64,000 nucleotides of DNA from an uncultured Gemmatimonadaceae bacterium. Lineage in GTDB: Bacteria > Gemmatimonadota > Gemmatimonadetes > Gemmatimonadales > Gemmatimonadaceae. The notes under the pieces are model-generated. The model worked only from the letters and a program-made list of their open reading frames with translations. It searched no databases and had not been told where the DNA came from. Every line of letters begins with the position of its first letter. The stretch's first letter is position 1. Of the stretch, positions 20,249 through 29,509 are shown piece after piece. Both the position numbers and the translations under genes were made by a program. Location: NCBI GenBank assembly GCA_963790305.1, contig CAWBOC010000010.1, positions 352,001 through 416,000 of the forward strand, in the 5' to 3' direction.

Positions 20249-20321
20249 GGCAGGGAAGCGTCGAGTGAAACGAGCGGCGGCGCAAGACCGTAGGTGATGG
20301 CTGTCCCGCTCGGAGGGTGGC

Positions 20322-20761
20322 ATGCGTACCTCGTTTGTCGCCGTCTCACTGCTGCTAGTCACGTTCGGTGTCGCCGCGTGTCGTACCGCCGACGGCGATT
20401 CCATTCCGCGCAGTCTTCCCGGCGTCTACGAGTACGACGCTGCCGGTCGCGCCTTCGGTCACCCCTGGGCGTTCCACGTCGCGCTCGAATTGCGCCGCGA
20501 CGGCCAGTACGAATGACCACCGACTCCGACATCAACGGCGATCGTGATCGCGACATCGACCGCGGACGCTATATTGTCCGCGACAATGTCGTGCTCCTTT
20601 CTCACGACGACGGCGATCGCGTTCGTGAAGACAACGCGCACCGGCTCGAGATCCGTGGCGATTCGCTCCGGGCGAACATGCCCTGGGTCGCAAACGCCGC
20701 GCTTCGCCTGGCTGGTGCCTCGAAGCCGATTCTCGTCCGGCGCGATCGCATCGGAGACTGA
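20322..20761 (+). CDS. Hypothetical lipoprotein (one apparent 1-nt deletion near 20512)
   Basis: MRTSF...GVAAC lipobox ORF joins the frame MTTDSDING...RIGD if one A is added to gaatg. Confidence 0.6.
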
Positions 20762-20874
20762 AAACGACGGCCAGTCGTCATTCCTGGGCGCGCGCGACAG
20801 GCGCGGGTGCCCTTGGGCGGGTCGTGCCGGACGGCCGTCCACCCGCCCCGACCATTCAGATCGAGGTAGGAAAG

Positions 20875-21669
20875 ATGCGGAGCTCATTCGCGCTGCTCGC
20901 GGCGACCCTCGTCGTCGCGGGATGCACGTCGGTCGACACCACCGAGCATTGCGTGCTCACGCGGTACGGGAGGATCATCGAGCCGCGCATGAGCACGGGC
21001 TTGAACTTCACGCCACTGGCCAAGGCGACGTGCTTCTCGATGACGGACAGAAACTTCCCCGATCAAGGCGGGAAGGAGACGATGGAGGCGCAGACGCGTG
21101 ATCCCATCACCGTCGTCGGTGACGTCGGCATCGTCTACGCCTACGATCCGGCGACGATCCTCAAGCTGTTCGAGGACAAGCGCACACCCGAGGCCGCGGA
21201 AGCGGAGATTCTGAACGCCGTGCGGGAGGGCTATCGCAACGCACTGGCGAGCTGGACCGTGTCGCAGATCTTCTCCGCCGACCGCGCCTCCCTTTCCGAT
21301 TCCGTTCGCGCCCACATCCAGCGCAAGCTTGGCGGACGCGCGGTCGTGAAGCAGGTCTTCGTGCGCGACATCAAGGCGCCGGCGGCGATCGAGACGGCGC
21401 GAATCGACGCGGCGAGGCAGGCACAGGTGCTCGACCGCGCGATCAAGCAGTTCCAGATCGATTCAGTGAACGCGCGGGCGACGGTCATTGGCGCCGAGGC
21501 GCAGGCGACCTCGAAGCGTCTCGAGGCGCAGGCGTACTCGCAGAACCGCGAGCTGCTGCAGCTCCGAATTGCCGAGGCGCAGGCGAAGGGACTGGCGGAG
21601 GCGTGCAAGGGAGTGACGACGTGCGTGATCGGGGGCAGCGTGATGGACTCCTGGAAGTTGCCGAAATAG
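20875..21669 (+). CDS. SPFH/band 7 (prohibitin-like) domain protein, possible lipoprotein
   Basis: EAQTRDPITV, QVFVRDIKAP, AEAQA coiled tail; LVVAGC lipobox. Confidence 0.8.
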   Translation: MRSSFALLAATLVVAGCTSVDTTEHCVLTRYGRIIEPRMSTGLNFTPLAKATCFSMTDRNFPDQGGKETMEAQTRDPITVVGDVGIVYAYDPATILKLFEDKRTPEAAEAEILNAVREGYRNALASWTVSQIFSADRASLSDSVRAHIQRKLGGRAVVKQVFVRDIKAPAAIETARIDAARQAQVLDRAIKQFQIDSVNARATVIGAEAQATSKRLEAQAYSQNRELLQLRIAEAQAKGLAEACKGVTTCVIGGSVMDSWKLPK

Positions 21670-21677
21670 GCAGGAGC

Positions 21678-21828
21678 TAGGGGTCAGGAGTCAGGAGTCA
21701 GGGATCAGGGGTGGAAATGCAAACGGCGGCGCTTTCGCGCCGCCGTTTGCTCATCTGATGAGGCGGCTGCGGCGAAGCCGCGCCGCCTTTTCCACCCCTG
21801 ATCCCTGACTCCTGATTCCTGACCCCTA
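21678..21828. repeat. Family A hairpin with internal sub-hairpins
   Basis: taggggtcaggagtcaggagtcagggatcaggggtggaaa ... tttccacccctgatccctgactcctgattcctgaccccta, between convergent genes. Confidence 0.9.
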
Positions 21829-23817
21829 TTCAGGCACCAGCTCCGACTTCGGCTCAATCCGCACGATCCACAAGCCATTATGGTTGTCATTCACATACGC
21901 CAACCCGTCGCGGTAGATGACCCCCCACACGCGCGGTGCGTTCGTCACGTGGCCGACGTCGCTCGCGGTGTGCAGATGCGCGATCTCGCGGTCCTGCGCG
22001 CGCAGGTCGCCGCGCAGCTCGCCTGAAATGTCGAAGGCGCGGAAGCCCGCCTCGTACGCGCCCATGTAGAGCGTGTCGCCGGCAACCCAAATGTTATGGA
22101 CTCCGCCGAACTCGGGCTCGTACCACGCGACCGACTTCGGATTCTTCATGTCGCTCACGTCGATCACCTGCAGGCGTCCATAGGCGCGCTCCGCGGCGAC
22201 CCCCGTTGCGCCGGAGACTCCGTGCAGCGGGAACACCTCGTCGGCGATGAAGACGTAGTTCTTGTGACGCCACGCGGTGTGCGTGCCCCGGATGAAGCCG
22301 CCGCCGGCCGTCTGCGCGACGTCGCGGTAGAGCTCGTCGAGATCGTACTTGTACTGCGTGACCAGCTTGGGATTCGAGGGCGTCCCGCCGTGCGAGCCGT
22401 TGCCAATGTCGAGCACGACCAGGCCGTCGTTCCAGTAGCTCAGGTAGGCGATCCCATCGCGTACGTCAATGTCGTGCAACGAGCGGCCCTCGACGGGACG
22501 GTCCGTGACCCAGCGCGCCACCTCACGAGGCTTGGCCGGATCGTCGAGGTTGAGGATGTGCAGCTCGGCCGTTCCGTCGTTCGTGAGGAGCAAGTGCCGG
22601 CCGAACCGCGGGCTCTCATAGAAGAACAGCGAGTGCACGCCCGATGTCACGCCTTCGGTGAACTCGGCGATCGGGCGCGGGTGCGCCGGATCGCGATTGT
22701 CGCAGATGACGATCCCGTTGCGGCGGTCGGCGGCGCCCTCGCGCGTGAACACGAGAATGGACCCGTCGGCGGTCGTGACGATGTCGTTCACGCGCCGCGT
22801 GTTGGCGACAATGGAGTCGGTGACCACCGGCTTCGCCGGATCGCTGATGTCGATCGCGAACATGACGTCGCCGCCGCGTCCGCTGCCGAGGTAGGCATGC
22901 TTGCCGTCCGGGTGCAGCCAGAGCTCCTCGGTGCGGAACCGCGCGCGCGGGAGCCGGCCGACGACCGTCACCGGGCGACGCACGTCGCGCTCGCCTAACG
23001 TGACGCGGGCGCTGCCGCTCTGGTTGCCGAACGTCGCGATGACCGTGTACTCGCCCGGCTCGTAGCCGACGAAGGCGCCCGTCTCATCGATGACGCCGTT
23101 GCCTGGCGAAACGCTCCAGGTGGGCGAGACGCCCGCGATCGCCGTTCCGCCAGCGGTGCGGGCACTGGCGGTGAAGCGGATGACGTCCCCTTCGCGCGCT
23201 TCGCGGGCGCTGGCGGTGACGCGAACCAATGCGACGCGCGCATTCGCCACTTCAACCGGAACCGAAGCGCGGACGTTACCAACGGAGGCCGTGACCGTTG
23301 CGCGACCTGGAGCAACGGCGGTGACCGCACCGTCTGCGTCGACGCGAGCGATGGCGGGCGCGGAGCTTCGCCAGCTCGGGCGGTCGCGTCGCTCGTCCCC
23401 GATTGCCGATTGCGTGCGCGTGCGGAGGGCGACCGTCTGGCCAATGACGAGGCGACCGGGTGGGGTGAGAATACTCACACGCGCTGCAGGTCCTGGTACG
23501 ACGCGAACGAGCGCGCGCTCCAGCAGCTGTCGCCGTCCTTCGACCAGACCAATGACCGTCACAGGAATGGTGGTGGGCGCGCCGCCCACGACGAGGCCGG
23601 TGGAATCGACGCGCCCCTCGAAGGAGCCGCCACCGGCGCGGAACACCACCCGCGCATTCGGCACGACGTTCCCCGCGCGATCGCGCACCTCGGCTGTCAG
23701 TCGCACCGAGTCACCGACGGCGATCTCGGCGTTCGCGGGCCTGACGACGATGCGGGCGTCGAGCGGCTCGGCCTGCTGCTGAAGCGCTGCGACGAGCAAA
23801 AAAGGGAGAACGTTCAC
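21826..23817 (-). CDS. Secreted protein with Ig-like (Big_2) domains and an LVIVD-repeat beta-propeller
   Basis: Ig-like repeats (WRSSAPAIARVDADGAVTAVAPG); LVIVD-like blades (AIDISDPAKP, LQVIDVSDMKNP); GTG start at 23817. Confidence 0.8.
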   Translation of the reverse strand: MNVLPFLLVAALQQQAEPLDARIVVRPANAEIAVGDSVRLTAEVRDRAGNVVPNARVVFRAGGGSFEGRVDSTGLVVGGAPTTIPVTVIGLVEGRRQLLERALVRVVPGPAARVSILTPPGRLVIGQTVALRTRTQSAIGDERRDRPSWRSSAPAIARVDADGAVTAVAPGRATVTASVGNVRASVPVEVANARVALVRVTASAREAREGDVIRFTASARTAGGTAIAGVSPTWSVSPGNGVIDETGAFVGYEPGEYTVIATFGNQSGSARVTLGERDVRRPVTVVGRLPRARFRTEELWLHPDGKHAYLGSGRGGDVMFAIDISDPAKPVVTDSIVANTRRVNDIVTTADGSILVFTREGAADRRNGIVICDNRDPAHPRPIAEFTEGVTSGVHSLFFYESPRFGRHLLLTNDGTAELHILNLDDPAKPREVARWVTDRPVEGRSLHDIDVRDGIAYLSYWNDGLVVLDIGNGSHGGTPSNPKLVTQYKYDLDELYRDVAQTAGGGFIRGTHTAWRHKNYVFIADEVFPLHGVSGATGVAAERAYGRLQVIDVSDMKNPKSVAWYEPEFGGVHNIWVAGDTLYMGAYEAGFRAFDISGELRGDLRAQDREIAHLHTASDVGHVTNAPRVWGVIYRDGLAYVNDNHNGLWIVRIEPKSELVPE

Positions 23818-23822
23818 GACAC

Positions 23823-24068
23823 TCAGTGTGCGCCGGGTGCGTGCGCGGCGGCGCCGTGTCGCCCGCAGCAGGCGCCGTTGTCTGTCCCGCGCGGCGGTGC
23901 GGCCTGTCCCGCGGGCGCCGCATGACTCTCCTGCGGCGCCGCCGCGTGACCGGCAAAGGCCCGGTTGGTGAGCGCGATAATCGTGGTGACGGCGGCCAGC
24001 AGAAAGAGCACGGAGACCGCCAGGCCAATGAAGCCCGCGCTCATGTCGCCGGGACGGGGAGAGGACAT
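23823..24068 (-). CDS. Small single-TM hypothetical protein with His/Ala-rich tail
   Basis: MSSPRPGDMSAGFIGLAVSVLFLLAAVTTIIALTNRAFAGH... Confidence 0.55.
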   Translation of the reverse strand: MSSPRPGDMSAGFIGLAVSVLFLLAAVTTIIALTNRAFAGHAAAPQESHAAPAGQAAPPRGTDNGACCGRHGAAAHAPGAH

Positions 24069-24092
24069 GGTTTTCGGGATTGAGTTTGGTGT

Positions 24093-24149
24093 CGAACGCG
24101 GAACGCGGAATGCGGAAGCAGTTAATCCGCATTCCGCATTCCGCATTCG
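24093..24149. repeat. Family B inverted heptamer-repeat hairpin
   Basis: cgaacgcggaacgcggaatgcgga ... tccgcattccgcattccgcattcg. Confidence 0.88.
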
Positions 24150-24152
24150 TTA

Positions 24153-24614
24153 CTACGTCACGTTGGCCTTTACGATCTGATCATTTTGCTTGATCTGCTT
24201 CATCACGTCGAGGCCCTTGGTGATGCGGCCGAAGACGGTGTGCACGCCGTCGAGGTGCTTGGCGTTCTGCTCGCTGAGCACCATGAAGAACTGGCTGCCA
24301 CCGGTGTCCTTCCCGGCGTGGGCCATCGACAGTGCGCCAACGACGTGCTTTTGATTCCCGCCCTTGGTCTCGCACTTGATCGTCCATCCGGGACCACCCG
24401 TGCCGACAGGGCCTTTGGCGTGCTCGCCGCCTTTCGAGTAGGGATCGCCGCCCTGGACGACGAAATCCGGAATCACGCGATGGAACTTCGTCCCATCATA
24501 GAACCCGCTGTTGGCGAGCTTCTCGAAGTTCGCCACCGTGCTCGGGGCGTCCTTGTCATACAGTTCCGCGGTGATCGTCCCGCGGTTCGTTTCGATGGTA
24601 GCAGTTTTAGGCAT
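24153..24614 (-). CDS. Cyclophilin-type peptidyl-prolyl cis-trans isomerase
   Basis: [49 protein letters not shown]. Confidence 0.97.
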   Translation of the reverse strand: MPKTATIETNRGTITAELYDKDAPSTVANFEKLANSGFYDGTKFHRVIPDFVVQGGDPYSKGGEHAKGPVGTGGPGWTIKCETKGGNQKHVVGALSMAHAGKDTGGSQFFMVLSEQNAKHLDGVHTVFGRITKGLDVMKQIKQNDQIVKANVT

Positions 24615-24638
24615 GTCGTGAAGATAGTTGGAGGGCTA

Positions 24639-24717
24639 AGGGTGTCGAGGGTGTCGAGGTCGTCGAGGTGATCGAGGAGAGGCGACGACGTTCCCTCCAT
24701 CACCTCGACGACCTCGG
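24639..24717. repeat. Family C inverted nonamer-repeat hairpin overlapping the nth stop
   Basis: gtgtcgagggtgtcgaggtcgtcgaggtgat ... atcacctcgacgacctcgg. Confidence 0.8.
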
Positions 24718-25438
24718 CGTTTCGACAGGAACCACGAGCGACGACGGACACAAGTCCCACAACGGACACTCTTCGCACAAGCGGACGTCGAGCGACGCAG
24801 ATCGACCGGCCGTGAAAGATCAGCAGGTGCGAGAACAACGTCCACTTCTCTCGCGGCACGATCTTCACCAGATCCTGCTCGATTTTCACTGCGTCGGTCT
24901 GACGCGTGAGGCCCAGACGAAACGACACCCGCGTGACGTGCGTGTCGACCACGATCCCCTCGTTCTGCCCGAATGCGTTGCCGAGGACGACGTTCGCCGT
25001 CTTGCGACCGACGCCCGGGAGATGCGTGAGCTCGTCCATCGTACGCGGGATCTCGCCGCGGTGCTTGTCCACGACCGCCCGAGCCATGCCCACGAGACTC
25101 TTCGTCTTGTTGCGGAAGAACCCCGTGCTCTTGATGCGGTTCTCCAGGTCCTCCGTCTCCGCCTCGGACAACGCGGCCGCGTCGGGGAAGCGCGCGAACA
25201 GCTCCGGCGTCACCATGTTGACGCGCACGTCCGTGCACTGGGCGGACAGAATCGTCGCGACGAGGAGCTCGTAGGGATTCCGGTAGTCGAGCGAGCACTT
25301 CGCGTCCGGGTACGTCTCCTCGAGCCGGCGGATGTACTCGAGCGCGACATCGCGCCCGACCTGCCTCGGCCTCTTGGGAAGCGCCTTACGAGTGACGAAG
25401 GGCGGTTGTGGAGGTGCTGCGCTCGCGCGCGGAGTCAT
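24700..25438 (-). CDS. nth: Endonuclease III (apparent +1 indel near 24779)
   Basis: LLVATILSAQCTD, HhH LPGVGRKTANVV, VDTHV. Removing one base restores the FeS motif C-x6-C-x2-C-x5-C (CVARRPLCEECPLWDLC). ATGA overlap with polX. Confidence 0.93.
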
Positions 25439-27168
25439 GCGCGGGCGCGGCGCGACCTGGCGCGCTCGACGATGGCGTCGGCGTCCCACGTGTTGAGCAC
25501 ATCGGAGGGCTCGAGCCAGCCCTTCCGCGCGATGCCGACGCCGATCTCGGTGACATCCAGCCCCGCCGTCGAGTGCGCATCGGGACCGATTGCGACCGTG
25601 ACGCCTCGCTGCTTGGCGGCCTGACAGGTCTGCCAGTCGATGTCGAGGCGATGCGGGTCGGCATTCAGCTCGACGACGACGCCCAGCTCGGCCGCCTTGT
25701 CGAGCACCGCCTCCATGTCGATCGCGTACGGCTCACGCGTCAGCAGCAAACGCCCGGTCGGGTGGCCGAGAATCGTGAGGTGCGGGTTGTCGAGCGCCTT
25801 GAGGACGCGATCGGTCATTGCCGCCCGATCCATCCCGAATCGCGAGTGCACCGACCCGATGACGAAGTCGAAGCGCTCGAGGATCTCGTCGTCGTAATCG
25901 ACGCGCCCGTCGGCGAGAATGTCGGCCTCGATGCCTTTGAGGATCTTGATTCCATCGAGCGTCTCGTTGATGCGATCGATCTCCTCGTGCTGCGCGACGA
26001 GCGCTTCGCGCGACACCCCGCCGGCGTAGAACGCCGACTCGGAGTGATCGGAGATGCCGATGTAGCTCCACCCGCGCGCCTTCGCCGCCGCCGCCATCTC
26101 GGCGATCGTCGCCTTGCCGTCCGAGTACTGCGAGTGGCAGTGGAGGACACCCTTGATGTCGGCATAGGCGATGAGCGACGGGAGCGCGCGTCGTGAGGCG
26201 GCGTCCAGCTCACCCCGGCCTTCGCGCAGCTCCGGCTCGATGTAGGGCAGCCCGAGCGCGTCGTAGAACGCGACTTCGTCGGGAATCGGAAGGACGTTGC
26301 CGCTGGCGTCCCGCAGCTCATCCTCGGCGAGTGTGAAGCCGCGCTCCGACGCGTGCGCGCGAAGCTCGGTCGTGTGCGACTCGCTTCCCGTGGCGCGCCA
26401 GAGTGCGATGCCGAAGCGCTGCGGCTCCACGCAATGCAGATCGAGTACGGTCCCGTCCACATAACGAATGCAGAGTGATCGTCCCCCCGCGCCGACCACA
26501 TCGCGCACGCCGCCGGCGCGGGCGAACGAGGCGGCGACCGAGGCCGGCGTCTCGCGGCAGGCAGCGACGATGTCGACGTCGCGGACGGTCTCGCGGCGCC
26601 GACGAATCGAGCCCGCGACGAGCGCGCGCTCGACCTCGGGGTGGGCTTCGACCATCGCGAGGAGGCGTCGCGCCTCGATGACCGCGTGCGGGTAGAGGAT
26701 GTAGGCGTTCGTCGACCGCAGGTATCCGATCCCCTTGAGGAGCTTCTCGGCGGTCTTGGGTCCGAAGCCCTTGAGCTTCGCCAGGCGCCCGTCGCGCGCG
26801 GCTTCCTCGAGCTCCTGAACGGTCGAGATGCCGAGCCCTTCGTGGAGCGTGTGGATCTTCGAGATGCCGAGTCCGGGGACGCGGAGCATCTCGAGGAGGC
26901 CTTCCGGCGTCTGCTCGCGGAGCTGGTCGAAGTAGCGCGACTCGCCCGTCTCGCACAGGTCGGCGAGGACGCCGAGCGTGGCCGGCCCGATCCCTTTGAG
27001 CTTGGCGAGGGAGCCATCGCGGTGCATGGGGCAGAGGTCGTCGGTGACGACCTCGAGGACGGCCGAGGCCGCCGAGCGGTATGCGCGCGCCTTGAAGCGG
27101 TTCTCCCCGCTGAGCTCGAGGAGGTCGCTGATCTGGGTGAGGACGTGGGCGGCGGTGCGGGGATCCAT
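25435..27168 (-). CDS. polX: DNA polymerase X / PHP 3'-5' exonuclease
   Basis: ENRFKARAY, GSIRRRRETVRDVD, ATGS, PELREG; PHP motifs HCHSQYSDG, DHS, HPTGR, DAH. Confidence 0.95.
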   Translation of the reverse strand: MDPRTAAHVLTQISDLLELSGENRFKARAYRSAASAVLEVVTDDLCPMHRDGSLAKLKGIGPATLGVLADLCETGESRYFDQLREQTPEGLLEMLRVPGLGISKIHTLHEGLGISTVQELEEAARDGRLAKLKGFGPKTAEKLLKGIGYLRSTNAYILYPHAVIEARRLLAMVEAHPEVERALVAGSIRRRRETVRDVDIVAACRETPASVAASFARAGGVRDVVGAGGRSLCIRYVDGTVLDLHCVEPQRFGIALWRATGSESHTTELRAHASERGFTLAEDELRDASGNVLPIPDEVAFYDALGLPYIEPELREGRGELDAASRRALPSLIAYADIKGVLHCHSQYSDGKATIAEMAAAAKARGWSYIGISDHSESAFYAGGVSREALVAQHEEIDRINETLDGIKILKGIEADILADGRVDYDDEILERFDFVIGSVHSRFGMDRAAMTDRVLKALDNPHLTILGHPTGRLLLTREPYAIDMEAVLDKAAELGVVVELNADPHRLDIDWQTCQAAKQRGVTVAIGPDAHSTAGLDVTEIGVGIARKGWLEPSDVLNTWDADAIVERARSRRARA

Positions 27169-27175
27169 GGCCGGA

Positions 27176-27218
27176 AATATAGCCCTCCTTGACTTCGGTG
27201 ATTTCTTCGGGCTACTCT
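27176..27218. promoter_or_regulatory. Putative divergent sigma70 promoters between polX and the Rad52-like gene
   Basis: Plus strand TTGACT (27189) -18 nt- TACTCT (27213); minus strand TATATT (27181-27176) ending 7 nt before the polX ATG. Confidence 0.45.
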
Positions 27219-27243
27219 CGGAGCCCGGCTTGAGGAGGTGCAC

Positions 27244-27822
27244 GTGCCAAAATCAGACCTGCCGATCGGCGGGGAGTACGCACCCGTGGCCGATCGGATC
27301 GCGCTCTTCTACGAGCGCTTCCCGGCGGGACGGATCATCACCCAGCTCACCATGCACAACCAGCGCGAGGTGGTGTTCCGCGCCAGCGTGTATCGGACGG
27401 AGAAGTCGCGCACTCCGGCGGCGACGGGGTGGGCGAGCGAGCGGATCGGCGATGGGGACATCAACACCGTCGCCTGCCTCGAGAATACGGAGACGTCGGC
27501 GATCGGGCGGGCGCTGGCGAATCTGGGGTTCACGGCGTCGAAGAACCGGCCGAGCCTCGAGGAGATGGAGAAGGCGGCGAGGGCCCGTACGCGGATGGTG
27601 CTCGCCGATCGGTATCAGGGGCCAGCGAGCGATACGCTCGAGGACGTGCTGACGCTGGTTCGAAGCGCTGAGCGATATGGTCTCCGCACTCGCAGGGCGA
27701 CCTGGCTTCGGACCCGGATCCGGCGTGGCCTGTTCACACCCGCTCAGTTGGAGCGCCTCTCCCGCACACTCCGTCGCTGGGTTCGAGCTGACATGGTTCA
27801 GGTCGTCCAATCGCGCTCGTAG
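27244..27822 (+). CDS. Rad52/Rad22-like (phage-type) single-strand annealing protein, putative
   Basis: YAPVADRIALFYERFPAGRI...ENTETSAIGRALANLGF resembles the conserved ETSA(I/V)GRAL...G helix of Rad52-fold phage proteins; RBS gaggagg before GTG. Confidence 0.65.
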   Translation: MPKSDLPIGGEYAPVADRIALFYERFPAGRIITQLTMHNQREVVFRASVYRTEKSRTPAATGWASERIGDGDINTVACLENTETSAIGRALANLGFTASKNRPSLEEMEKAARARTRMVLADRYQGPASDTLEDVLTLVRSAERYGLRTRRATWLRTRIRRGLFTPAQLERLSRTLRRWVRADMVQVVQSRS

Positions 27823-27960
27823 ACGAGTACGCGTGGTCGCCGGCGGGGCGTGTCACCACCTCGCATCTAACAGGCGTCCCGCGGATGCGTAGCCAGACGA
27901 GCCAGTCGACGCCGACAAAGCACGACACGGGGATGAGGATGACGAACGGGAGGCGGTGGG

Positions 27961-28732
27961 GTGCTGCGAGCGTACAGAGAGGCGAGCGACGACGCGGTGG
28001 TTCGCGCGATGCGCGCCGGTGAGGAGCCAGCGATGCGCGAGTTCATCGAGAGGTATCAAACTCTCGTGTTGGTGCAGGCGCGCCGTTTTCGAGTTCCGGA
28101 CGACGAGCGTCAACACTGGACGGCCGAGGCGCTGTACGATGTGGCGCTCTCGCTGATCCGTTCAACGCGTCCGGTGCCGACATCGCTGCCCGGATATCTG
28201 ATCGCGGCCTGTCGTCGAAAAGCCATGATGAGTCAGCGCGCTCGCCGTTCCCGCATGGTGCGAGAGGCGGCCGTTGCGGGCAACGTGGGCGGAGAGCGGG
28301 TCATTGTTGGGACGTGTTCCGAAGACAGCCTTCGCCAGGCGCGCGGTCCAGCGCGCGAGGAGTCGTCGCTGCCCTTGGTCCTCGAGCGCTTGGTGGACGC
28401 GCTCGACGATCGGCTGGATACGAGCGAGAGAACGCTACTCTCGTGGATCGGGGCAACGGGTTCCCTATAGCACCATGGCCACCTGGCTCGAGATCAGCCG
28501 CTCGGCCGTGATCAAGCGCGCCATGCGACTGCGAGTTCGATTGCTTGGCGTGGCGATGGAGTTCGGCCAGACACTCGATACGGCGGACCGGCAGGAGTTG
28601 GTGCGGTTCTTTCGGCGCACCGGCGCGCTCGACGCCATTGCCCTGGCCCGCCTGGAGAACAGTGAGCACGCGGTGGATTCCCGCCGATCGTCGACAGTTT
28701 CCGTACGGGGCGTACCTCAGGAGGACGGCTAG
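27961..28732 (+). CDS. Divergent ECF-type sigma factor with C-terminal extension (apparent +1 G at 28450-28453)
   Basis: Region 2-like SDDAVVRAMRAGEEPAMREFIERYQ...SLPGYLIAACRR; after correction, region 4-like LDTSERTLLSWIGQRVPYSTMATWLEISRSAVIKRAMRLRVRL; RBS gggagg. Confidence 0.7.
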
Positions 28733-28734
28733 CC

Positions 28735-29466
28735 ATGGACGACCGCGATGCAGTGTTTCAGCGCGAGCAGCTCGACAGACTGGAATCCGCGAGCGACCCA
28801 TTGATCGACGTCATCGGATATCTGGAATCCCTTCGACCGATCTCACCCGCGTTTACCGATGAGCGGTTCGTCACCTGGGTCGCGCAAGAAGGGCGCATGC
28901 CTGCAAGCGCCGCTGAGGCGCTTCCACCTGAGGCGGTCGCCACCCTCGCGAGAAGGATCCGCCTGACGGCGGCGGCCGAGCAATCGGGCATGTACCTGGT
29001 GGATCAGCTTCCCGAGCAGGTGGCTGTGCGCGCTGGGTGGCCGGTGAGCTCCGCCATTGTCGAGCTCGCGAGAAATCGTCAGGCAGCTGTGGTCGACCTC
29101 GCCATCGCGGCCGGCACGGGACGCGAGCTCTGGGATGCGGAGTGCGAGAGTGCAGTGGCGGTGCCGGAGGTGCTTCCGCGAGGTGAGTACGTCGCGCTCA
29201 CCGTGAGCGGTGACAGCATGGAGCCGCTGCTGCACTCCGGAGATCTCGTGCTCGTCAAGCGCAGTGGAGAGCTCAAGTCCGGCGCCATTGTCGTGATGCG
29301 GGACACCGATGCGGGATACGTCGTGAAGAAGGTGGGTCGAATCGAGACCCGTTCGGTGGAATTGCTCTCGCTGAATCCGGCCTACGGCCGCCGGCGGGTT
29401 CGACGGACGCGCAGCTCGGTGCTTGGAACGGTCTTGTTACGATGGTGCCAACACGGTGGGACCTGA
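28735..29466 (+). CDS. S24 family (LexA/UmuD/CI-type) autopeptidase-domain protein with a non-HTH N-terminus
   Basis: Cleavage-site-like IAAG, catalytic Ser in VSGDSMEP, Lys in YVVKKV, LLSLNPAY; ATG 2 nt after the sigma stop, with ggagg RBS. Confidence 0.88.
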   Translation: MDDRDAVFQREQLDRLESASDPLIDVIGYLESLRPISPAFTDERFVTWVAQEGRMPASAAEALPPEAVATLARRIRLTAAAEQSGMYLVDQLPEQVAVRAGWPVSSAIVELARNRQAAVVDLAIAAGTGRELWDAECESAVAVPEVLPRGEYVALTVSGDSMEPLLHSGDLVLVKRSGELKSGAIVVMRDTDAGYVVKKVGRIETRSVELLSLNPAYGRRRVRRTRSSVLGTVLLRWCQHGGT

Positions 29467-29509
29467 CGGAGTCACCAGGCCGCATTCTCTGAAGGCAGGA
29501 GGTGCCCTT

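Noticed and set aside
21719..21788. tRNA gene suggested by the cloverleaf-like fold
   Set aside because: No TTC T-loop, D-loop GG or 7-nt anticodon loop.
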